UHGV virus genome: UHGV-1373625
Origin: a virus
Reading direction: 5' to 3' (one strand)
DNA length: 64,000 nt
Shown here: one piece after another, positions 56,425 through 64,000 of the stretch
Layout of the letters: every line of letters starts with the position of its first letter
How positions within the stretch are numbered: position 1 is the stretch's first letter
The notes under the pieces: model-generated
The model's database searches: none
Told to the model about the DNA's origin: nothing
What the model saw: the letters and a program-made list of their open reading frames with translations, nothing else
Program-made: the position numbers and the translations under genes

Positions 56425-56811
56425 ATGAGCATTATTTGGCCCGCAGATCTTCCTCAAGTACCCTTCGCAGACGGAGGGTACTCCGAATCAATGCCGTCCA
56501 ACCTTCTTGTGTCTACTATGGATACAGGTCCGAGTAAAGTTAGACGGAGGGGAAGCGCGACTCCCGGAAAAATGAATGTATCTTTTAAAATGACTACGGC
56601 AGCTACTAAAAAATTAGAAACCTTTATCCGAACAATTCTTGGCGGTGGGGCAAAAGCCTTTGAATTTCCTCATCCTAGACTTGACAAAAACGTAAAAGTA
56701 CGTATAATGCCGAAGTCGGACACGGAATTGTATGAAATAAATTTCATCGCTCCCGGCCTATGGAAAGTAGATTTTACCTTTGAGGTTTTTTACGATGCCC
56801 CTCTCGCCTAG
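56425..56811 (+). CDS. Minor tail protein M-like
   Basis: FADGGYSESMPSNLL parallels lambda gpM FGDGYSQRAPAGLN; about 128 aa. Confidence 0.55.
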   Translation: MSIIWPADLPQVPFADGGYSESMPSNLLVSTMDTGPSKVRRRGSATPGKMNVSFKMTTAATKKLETFIRTILGGGAKAFEFPHPRLDKNVKVRIMPKSDTELYEINFIAPGLWKVDFTFEVFYDAPLA

Positions 56812-57316
56812 TACGGTGGCGTCGATGATGGCGCAGGAAACGGATAACGCCGACATAGTTCTTTTGACAATTACGCATCCAAGCTGGACGGAACCTATTT
56901 ATCTATCGTCCGACCCTACGGTTTTTCTCAGGAATGATACGGAAACTAATCTTCCTATCTACGGAACGATATCCCGTGGCAAAGAATTTCTTTATATTCC
57001 CATGAGAGCTATTGCCCCGGACTCTAGGCAAGAGACGCCTCCTGAATGCAAAATTTCAATCGACAATGTTTCGCGGTATATAGCACCGTATCTTGTTAAA
57101 ACAGATCGACGCACTCCTAAAGTAACTTTTGAAATAGTTACCACCGCTTTTCCGGATATTGTTGATACTGTGTATCCGGAATTTGATTTATCTTCCGTAA
57201 CAATCAACGCCCAAACTGTAGATGCCAGCATTTCCTTGAATACGGCTTCTCAAGAACCCGTGCCGTGGCTTAGATTTGTTCAAGCATATTTTTACAGTCT
57301 TTTTTATAACGGATAA
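56795..57316 (+). CDS. Minor tail protein L-like
   Basis: Position and size; gagg RBS; loose similarity to gpL/DUF1833. Confidence 0.45.
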   Translation: MPLSPSTVASMMAQETDNADIVLLTITHPSWTEPIYLSSDPTVFLRNDTETNLPIYGTISRGKEFLYIPMRAIAPDSRQETPPECKISIDNVSRYIAPYLVKTDRRTPKVTFEIVTTAFPDIVDTVYPEFDLSSVTINAQTVDASISLNTASQEPVPWLRFVQAYFYSLFYNG

Positions 57317-57319
57317 AAC

Positions 57320-57739
57320 ATGAAAATGAGAGACAAGTTTTCAAAATACATAGGAATCCCTTTTGTGGATCACGGAATAACTTCCGAAGGCTGTGATTGC
57401 TACGGCCTTGTGCTTCTCGTGTATAAAGAGGAGCTTGGCATTGATCTTCCGTGGCTCGGGGATTCCTATTCTCATGCGTATCGTAGAAAAGACGTAAACT
57501 CCACGGTAAAAAAGAACATTGATCTTGGTTGCTATATAGACGTTACGAATGATCCTCGCAAACCTCTTGATATTATTATTTTTAGGACTGGAGGTCTTGA
57601 AACACATATCGGACTTTGGGTTGAGGATGGATGGCTTTTGGACATACTTGAAGGGGCGCATAGTACGATTCGTAGGTACGATACGTCTGAATGGAAAAAC
57701 AGAATTACGAGAATTTTGAGGCACGTAGATGCGCGGTAA
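57320..57739 (+). CDS. NlpC/P60-family tail-associated peptidase (gpK-like)
   Basis: GCDCYGLV (catalytic Cys) and THIGLWVEDG (His) typical of NlpC/P60. Confidence 0.65.
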   Translation: MKMRDKFSKYIGIPFVDHGITSEGCDCYGLVLLVYKEELGIDLPWLGDSYSHAYRRKDVNSTVKKNIDLGCYIDVTNDPRKPLDIIIFRTGGLETHIGLWVEDGWLLDILEGAHSTIRRYDTSEWKNRITRILRHVDAR

Positions 57740-60700
57740 AGCAATGAAAAAGCGAGCCTCTCGTAAAAGAGGGGAAATCACAGTTCTTGGTCGGCATTGG
57801 GCAAGTTCGTCTCGTGTCTCGCTCACAGTCCAAGAAGGACAATCCCTTGAAAACATCATCACAGACTCCGTAAAAATTCTTCGGGCTAACCAAGCTATTA
57901 CTCCCGCATATGCCGAATATCTAAAGAAGCATTGTGTTTGCCGTGTGGATTTTATCAATATCCCTAAAGAAAAATGGGCCGTCACCTATCCTGTGGATGG
58001 TCAGCGTGTCGAATTTTTCATTAAGCCCGGTAAAGGTGGCGGTAAAAATCCTTTTGCTACAATCCTTAACATTGTTGTAGCTGTCGCTGCTATCGCAGTG
58101 CCTGTACTTGCTCCGGCTTCATGGGGGTTGATGACAGCGGCGGGAGCCTTGACTTGGACTGGTGCCGCAGTAAGTTTTGGTATCTTAACGGTTGGCTCAC
58201 TCGCTGTCAATATGCTTTGCCCTCCTGCAACGCCTAAACTTAGCGGACCTAAATCTTCCGAAAAAGAATCTCCTACATATTCTATTTCCGGGGCAAGAAA
58301 CGGAGCGAACCCATATGGTTTTGTTCCTCTTATCTTCGGAAGGAATAAGGTCACTCCTCCTTTGGCAGCGAAATCTTGGACAAATATTGAATCGGATAAA
58401 ACCTATTTCAATATGTGCGTTATCTGGGGGCACCCAGATATGTCCGTAAGAGATTTTAAAATTGGGGATACGCCTTTAGAAAACTTTAAAAATATTGACC
58501 ACAGATTCCATCCTTCTACCACTGGTGAAGGGCTTGTCTATTTTGGCAAATCCTTTAATGAAGAAACCGTGGGGACTTTAATCTCGAAAGAAGCTGGATA
58601 TATTACTCGGACAATGGGAGAATGCGATACAATCAGCTTAGACATCACATTCTCCAAAGGGCTGACTTCCATCAATGAAAAAAATGGAGATAACTATGAT
58701 CGTACCGTTGAGTTTGAAGCTGAATATAAATTAAAGAATGATACGGTATGGAAAGGACTTGTCGGGGGGTCATTCCCTATTCGTGGGACATCTATCGAGC
58801 TTAAAAGAAAAACTGGCTTTTATTTAAACGTCGGAAGAAACTCTATTGTCTATAGTGATTTTTCTGGTAATATCAATATGGCTGATGGAGAAACAGCTCC
58901 AGTTAATACCGTTCCATTAGCAAAAGTTATTCTTGTATCAACTCCTCATTATGAAGAGGATGACGATGGGAGAATGCACACATCATATACATATTCATAT
59001 ACTTGCGAAGACTTGCGGGTAAGTTCTGTATCCGGTGCCGCTCCATATATTAATGAAGTAAAACATTATACGAAAAAATGCGGATATGGACTTGGAAGCA
59101 GATGGGGATATACTTGCGTCGAAGTTTATGATTATTCGACTTATGAAATTGTCATTCCTGACCAATATGTGAATGGCATTAACAAATTTGCCATCTCTGG
59201 ACAGCAATTAAAGCCCTTGACCCGTACTTATACTGTGAATGTTCCTCACGGAGATTACGATGTTCGTATTCGAAGACTTACTGATGATAATTCAAATAAG
59301 TATATCTATGATGAAGCTACGTGGGCGACGAAAAGGTCTATTGTAAATCGTCAATCTTTTTCAACTCCTGTTCCCGTATGTGTTTCGGAATTGCGTATTC
59401 AGGCATCGGAACAGCTCTCCGGATATGTCGATAACTTTAATGCTATTTGCACGGCATTGATTCCAGACTTTAACACTAGCAATAATACGTGGGAATGGAG
59501 GGAAACGAGAAATCCTGCATCTGCTTATAGGTATGTATTGACATCCCGTCATGCTTTAAATTCTCCTTATACGGAAGACAAGCTTGACGAACCAACGCTA
59601 CGTGAGTTTCATAAGTATTGTACCCGAATGGGGTGGACTTTCGATTTTGTTTGTGATACAGAAGAGAATCTGTGGTCACGTCTTACTCAGATCGCTGCGG
59701 CAGCGCGTGCTTCCGTAACCACAGAAATAGATGGAAAATATGGTGTGGTGATTGACGATAAGAATAAAACTCCTGTGCAGCAATTCAATCAGCGTAATAG
59801 TTGGGGATTCAGCATGGAGAAACTTTTTCCTAACGTCCCTCATGCTCTTAGAATCAAATTTGTTAATAGTGAAAATAATTTCCTGCAATCGGAAGATTTC
59901 TGCTATGCGGACGGATTTGATAAAAACAATGCTACGGATATTCAAGAAATCGATTTTCCCGGCATTACTACGTGGACAAATAACTGGAAGCAAGGAAGAT
60001 ATCATTTAGCATCACAACTTCTTCGTCCTTTAAGCGTTACAATTAATGCTGACTGGGAACACAGGATGTGTCATCGTGGAGACGTTATTGAAATTTTCCA
60101 TGACGTTCTCATGAACACTTTCGGAGCGGCACGTGTTGTAGGATTGATTTATCGGGATACAGGTGGTACGGAATATATTATTTACGAAAATTCCGAAAGG
60201 CCCATTGATACTCCCGCCGTAGGTGTCGTTCTTGATGATTCCATTGTCTTTAGCGAACGTGATGTTATTTACGGTATTGCAATTAGAAATCCATATGGAA
60301 AAACTGTTACTTATCAAATTCAACCACAATTTGGAGAGGAACATTCCCATATTTATTTTACTTTTGCAATAACATATGCTACTACTCCCTATATTGGAGA
60401 TTTAGCTAGCGTATCATTAATGGGTGAAGCGAATGATAAATACCTTGTAACTCAGATTGCGCCCGCCGAAAATTCCTCGGCTGAAATTAAGGCGATTCCG
60501 TATTCTCCCGAAGTCCTCGACGCGGATAAAGGAGAAATTCCTCCTTGGAATCCTCCTATTATTATTGACAAGCTACCTACTTATACTATTCCCAATCCTA
60601 CCATTACACAGATAATTTCCGATGAGTCCATGCTCGTTAAGATTGGGCAGAATATCATTCCTCAGGTTGGTATCTGGTTTAAGGTTGGAGATGGAACCTC

Positions 60701-62969
60701 GTTAGATTGTGTGGTTTACGCCCGTGCAAAGAAAACGCAAGAAGCAGCTTGGGGCAATACCGTTCGAACTTCCGTATCCGAAGGATATGTCGTCATCTCG
60801 AATATGGAGTCTGGCGAGCTATATGACTTGTCTATCCAAGTTACCGATCCTGTACGGGGAATTAGCAGTGATTGGATAACTCAAACCGGATATTTCGTTA
60901 TTGGAAAAACCGCGCCACCTCCTGATGTGGACGGCGTTACCGCTGAGCTTCTTCCTCCGTCCGGGGTAAAAATCAGTTGGAATCCTGTAGCTACTCTTGA
61001 TATAGATTACTATGCTGTGCAAGGGGACATTACAGGGAAAACGATTGACACGAGTATCATACTTCCCGTCCCAAATAAATTCGGCACATTGAATATGACA
61101 GTTAGCGCAGTAGATACGCTTGGAAATTTTTCCTTGAATCCTGCCCCCGTTTCTGTTACTATTCAAAAACCTAAAAACCCTGTCATTAAAACGGAAGTCA
61201 CTATTGATGGCCTTAAATTGAGTTGGACAGATTGTACAACTTCTTGGCCTATCAAGAATTATGAAGTTCATGATGAATATATGTCAAGAACGGAATTTTC
61301 TAATGTGACTTCAATATATGTGTCGCCAAGACCTGTAGGTAGGTATAAATTTACAGTGAAAGCGATAGATATTTTTGGAAATGAATCTAATGCTGTTCCT
61401 ACATTTATTGAAGTGGATCTTCTCGGGAGGGTCCAGCCGACAGCAAGAATTGATGGCGCTGATATTCTGTTAGAATGGCCTATTACTCCGTCCGCATTCC
61501 CCATAGATGAATTCGAAATCGTTGAAGGGGATTTCACTCCGGTAGGTAGAGCGAAAGTCAACTATTTCCGAGTTCCTGCGGGAGCTGTCGGGTTTCATGA
61601 ATGGAAAATCCGAGCACGAGATATCGTCGGTAACTATGGAGATTGGGGTGAAGTTTCTATCGAGATTAAAGCCGCCGCAGCACCAACTGTAAAAGCGACA
61701 ATTCAAGAAGATAAAATCCTTATTTCTTGGGTAGCGCCTTCAACAATCAATTTACCAATAACTGAATACGAGATAGAAAATAGTACAACAGGAGAATCTT
61801 TCGGAAGGATTAATGCGACACAGATAGTCGTACCTCCTGAAAAAACCGGAAACCACATTTTCAGGGTTCGTAGTTGGGATACTGGAGGAAATGCTGGAGC
61901 ATGGGGTCAAACGAGTTTCCGAGTCGAAGCTCCCGGCAGAGTTTATATAACTCCTACCGTCATCGACAATAACGCGCTTCTTGTTTGGACTGAACCTTCC
62001 ACGGTATTCTTCCCAATTCATCATTATGAAGTACTTCGTGGAGACGAATTGGAATACGCGGAACTTATTTTCAATGTCAACGCTTTAATCGTCAATATCT
62101 TTGAAGCTGTATCCGGGAATTATACATATTGGGTTGTTCCGGTAGACGTAGCCGGAAATAAAGGCGCAGCATCACCTATCACCTGTGTTATTTCTCAACC
62201 TCCTGATTATGTTCTTTTCTACGATTGGGATTCTGTTTTCTCTGGAACACGTCATAATTTTATTCTTGACGGCGTTGGTGGGATGATTGGCCCTATCGTA
62301 AACGAGAATGAAACGTGGGCACAAAATATCGCACGATTTGGTGGAACTACTGCGGCATCCACATGGAAAAACAAGGTGGACATTGCCGGACCCACTTGGA
62401 TGGAACCAGCAGGTTCAGAGGGATGGTATCAAGAAGAATTTGATTATGGACAAATCATGCAGTCCATCAGGCTTGCTGTTACCCCCACTATTCAAGTTCT
62501 TTCCGGAACACCCTTATATTCGATAAAGATTGAATATAAAATAGATAAGAGTGATCCGTGGGAATTGGCTACCGAAAATGCTACGCAGGCCTTTTTGCAA
62601 AGATTCCGGTATATCCGATTTACGCTTAGTATGCTTCCGGGTTCCAAAGGACTTATCCGAGTATCCGAATTAAACCTTAAATTCGATGTTAGGATTCGAA
62701 ATGACTCTGGCGTCGCACTAGCTGAGGCAAATACGAACGGCCCCGAATGGCCCGAAAATAAAGATGATACTGGAAACTTGGTGAATTTCTCAATGCCATT
62801 CCTTGACATATGGGAAGTTACGGCTGCACCTGAAAGTGAAGACGCGGGATTGGTCGCCTTGGTTTCTTTCCAAGACATTCCTTCTCCCAAGTTTTTCAGA
62901 GTGTCTCTTTTCAATAATAAAGGTGTCCGTACTACCGGAAACGTAGTATGGAAAGCAGTAGGAATATAA
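57729..62969 (+). CDS. Fusion of tail assembly protein I-like N-terminus with host-specificity protein J-like body containing multiple FN3-like repeats
   Basis: Residues about 100-215 (GKGGGKNPFATILNIVVAVAAIAV...PTYSISGARNGANPYGFVPLIFGR) parallel lambda gpI; then DITFSKGLTSINE..TVEFEAEY parallels the gpJ N-terminus; the C-terminal half has repeated about 90-aa Ig/FN3-like units. Confidence 0.75.
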   Translation: MRGKAMKKRASRKRGEITVLGRHWASSSRVSLTVQEGQSLENIITDSVKILRANQAITPAYAEYLKKHCVCRVDFINIPKEKWAVTYPVDGQRVEFFIKPGKGGGKNPFATILNIVVAVAAIAVPVLAPASWGLMTAAGALTWTGAAVSFGILTVGSLAVNMLCPPATPKLSGPKSSEKESPTYSISGARNGANPYGFVPLIFGRNKVTPPLAAKSWTNIESDKTYFNMCVIWGHPDMSVRDFKIGDTPLENFKNIDHRFHPSTTGEGLVYFGKSFNEETVGTLISKEAGYITRTMGECDTISLDITFSKGLTSINEKNGDNYDRTVEFEAEYKLKNDTVWKGLVGGSFPIRGTSIELKRKTGFYLNVGRNSIVYSDFSGNINMADGETAPVNTVPLAKVILVSTPHYEEDDDGRMHTSYTYSYTCEDLRVSSVSGAAPYINEVKHYTKKCGYGLGSRWGYTCVEVYDYSTYEIVIPDQYVNGINKFAISGQQLKPLTRTYTVNVPHGDYDVRIRRLTDDNSNKYIYDEATWATKRSIVNRQSFSTPVPVCVSELRIQASEQLSGYVDNFNAICTALIPDFNTSNNTWEWRETRNPASAYRYVLTSRHALNSPYTEDKLDEPTLREFHKYCTRMGWTFDFVCDTEENLWSRLTQIAAAARASVTTEIDGKYGVVIDDKNKTPVQQFNQRNSWGFSMEKLFPNVPHALRIKFVNSENNFLQSEDFCYADGFDKNNATDIQEIDFPGITTWTNNWKQGRYHLASQLLRPLSVTINADWEHRMCHRGDVIEIFHDVLMNTFGAARVVGLIYRDTGGTEYIIYENSERPIDTPAVGVVLDDSIVFSERDVIYGIAIRNPYGKTVTYQIQPQFGEEHSHIYFTFAITYATTPYIGDLASVSLMGEANDKYLVTQIAPAENSSAEIKAIPYSPEVLDADKGEIPPWNPPIIIDKLPTYTIPNPTITQIISDESMLVKIGQNIIPQVGIWFKVGDGTSLDCVVYARAKKTQEAAWGNTVRTSVSEGYVVISNMESGELYDLSIQVTDPVRGISSDWITQTGYFVIGKTAPPPDVDGVTAELLPPSGVKISWNPVATLDIDYYAVQGDITGKTIDTSIILPVPNKFGTLNMTVSAVDTLGNFSLNPAPVSVTIQKPKNPVIKTEVTIDGLKLSWTDCTTSWPIKNYEVHDEYMSRTEFSNVTSIYVSPRPVGRYKFTVKAIDIFGNESNAVPTFIEVDLLGRVQPTARIDGADILLEWPITPSAFPIDEFEIVEGDFTPVGRAKVNYFRVPAGAVGFHEWKIRARDIVGNYGDWGEVSIEIKAAAAPTVKATIQEDKILISWVAPSTINLPITEYEIENSTTGESFGRINATQIVVPPEKTGNHIFRVRSWDTGGNAGAWGQTSFRVEAPGRVYITPTVIDNNALLVWTEPSTVFFPIHHYEVLRGDELEYAELIFNVNALIVNIFEAVSGNYTYWVVPVDVAGNKGAASPITCVISQPPDYVLFYDWDSVFSGTRHNFILDGVGGMIGPIVNENETWAQNIARFGGTTAASTWKNKVDIAGPTWMEPAGSEGWYQEEFDYGQIMQSIRLAVTPTIQVLSGTPLYSIKIEYKIDKSDPWELATENATQAFLQRFRYIRFTLSMLPGSKGLIRVSELNLKFDVRIRNDSGVALAEANTNGPEWPENKDDTGNLVNFSMPFLDIWEVTAAPESEDAGLVALVSFQDIPSPKFFRVSLFNNKGVRTTGNVVWKAVGI

Positions 62970-62989
62970 AAAATGGAGATCTCCCGAAA

Positions 62990-64000
62990 TGGCAGAAGTA
63001 CCTTCTAAAGTTGACGTTATCGTCGGCATGAAATCAGCATTCAGATCAAATCTGAGTACGGATTGCGTAAGATGGAATTACTCAAAACGCAATTTTGAAT
63101 ATTGGAATGGTACTGAATGGGTGCTTATCGGGAGTTCGTCAACCGGGGAAGGGCGATCAATTCAAGACAGCCTGTCTTTATTTAACGTCCTTCCCCGGAA
63201 TCCTTCCCTCAATCTTTTCGCTGATGAATATGAATATTCTTGGGGAAAGATTCCTCCGCAAATCACGTTTACTCGTAATTCATCAGCTACGTGTTGGGGA
63301 CCTGACGGAGTTCTACGGACGCATGAAGCAAACGTTCCTCGCATTGAGCATAATCCCATTACGGGTGAATGCCTTGGGTGGCTTCGTGAGCCACAGCGGA
63401 CGAACCTCATTTCCCAAATTAGTGTCTCGGGTATGGATTCAAATGTCATTCATGCTCCGGAAACAAGTGCGTCATATAAGTTTAAAGTCGAATCAGGTGT
63501 AACTAAATTTCGATGTGGTTCCGTTCAAAATAGTGTCCAAGGAATATTTGCTCTTGGTGAAATTCCTAGCGATGATAAGAATTATTTTGTTTCTATTTTA
63601 TTTAGACCCGATCCAAATAGCCCTTTTCCGTACATTAGCATTGATACACCTAACTATATTGCAATTGAGGGTAGTGGTCGCAGGGTTGTTGTGAACGCAA
63701 AAACTGGTATGATAGAACTAAAATCAGCTAATGCGACCGATGATAATTTTAGATTAGAAAATCTGGGGGATAAATGGTATCGAATCTGGTTTAAGATCAA
63801 AGGTGTTACTGGAGCTACGGCGAGAACAGGTATTAAATTATCCTTTGCGGAAAAAACAGTGAATGGAACTTTTAATGTTACATTAGATGGAGATAAAACA
63901 TCCGCTTTCTGGTACGCTTGTCCCCAAATGGAAGAAGCCGAAGATTTTGATACTAAACCAACATCCCCGATTCCTACGGAAGGAACCGCCCAAGTTACAA
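62990..64000 (+). CDS. Partial (3'-truncated by window) tail fibre / receptor-binding candidate
   Basis: Frame open from ATG 62990 to the window end (not in the ORF track because no stop is reached); follows the J-like gene. Confidence 0.45.

Noticed and set aside
57341-57985. 214-aa minus-strand ORF inside the NlpC/P60 and J-like genes
   Set aside because: Antisense to two well-supported structural genes; no RBS; composition atypical.
63095-63502. 135-aa plus-strand ORF listed in the track
   Set aside because: A different frame, open from ATG 62990 to the window end, is more probable (longer, sensible composition, follows the J-like gene); 63095-63502 is an alternative-frame artefact.

Overview
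The window looks like a tailed dsDNA phage or prophage genome segment with an HK97-type head module and a lambda-like tail tip (M, L, K, I-J homologues). From left to right it contains: (1) 1-6200, a minus-strand early/accessory block of small genes (GNAT acetyltransferase, an acidic protein, hypotheticals) whose sigma70-like promoters carry palindromic operators; (2) 6340-6460, a 10-bp-phased TGAC repeat array upstream of a P27-family terminase small subunit gene; (3) a promoter-driven tRNA cluster (Lys, Met, an atypical UAA-anticodon tRNA, Asn, Ser) followed by about 800 bp of structured non-coding DNA; (4) a minus-strand block with a lysis cassette (M15 endolysin and membrane proteins), three antirepressor paralogs (BRO-N or Rha N-termini on a shared KilA-C-like C-terminus), Lar-like zinc-ribbon proteins, a RuvC-like resolvase, a GATC-rich iteron/inverted-repeat origin-like region, a PrimPol-SF3 helicase, a Dda-like helicase and an MT-A70 methyltransferase; (5) a plus-strand replication and nucleotide-metabolism block with an SNF2 helicase, a DUF2800 nuclease, a DUF2815 SSB, HU, a family-A DNA polymerase encoded as TWO genes joined by a naturally split intein plus a second contiguous intein in motif B, RtcB RNA ligase, a divergent ThyX-like protein, a GIY-YIG homing endonuclease, dUTPase and anaerobic RNR NrdD/NrdG; (6) a structural module with portal, prohead protease, HK97 major capsid protein, connector proteins, major tail protein, G/G-T chaperone with -1 frameshift, tape measure, M/L/K-like proteins, an I-J fusion and a partial tail fibre running off the window. 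The most notable signals are the split-intein polymerase, the RtcB plus tRNA combination, the phased TGAC array, the origin-like repeat field and the antirepressor triplet with its associated repeats. No large terminase gene is visible in the window. All functional calls rest on motif and architecture recognition from the translated ORFs, not on database searches.
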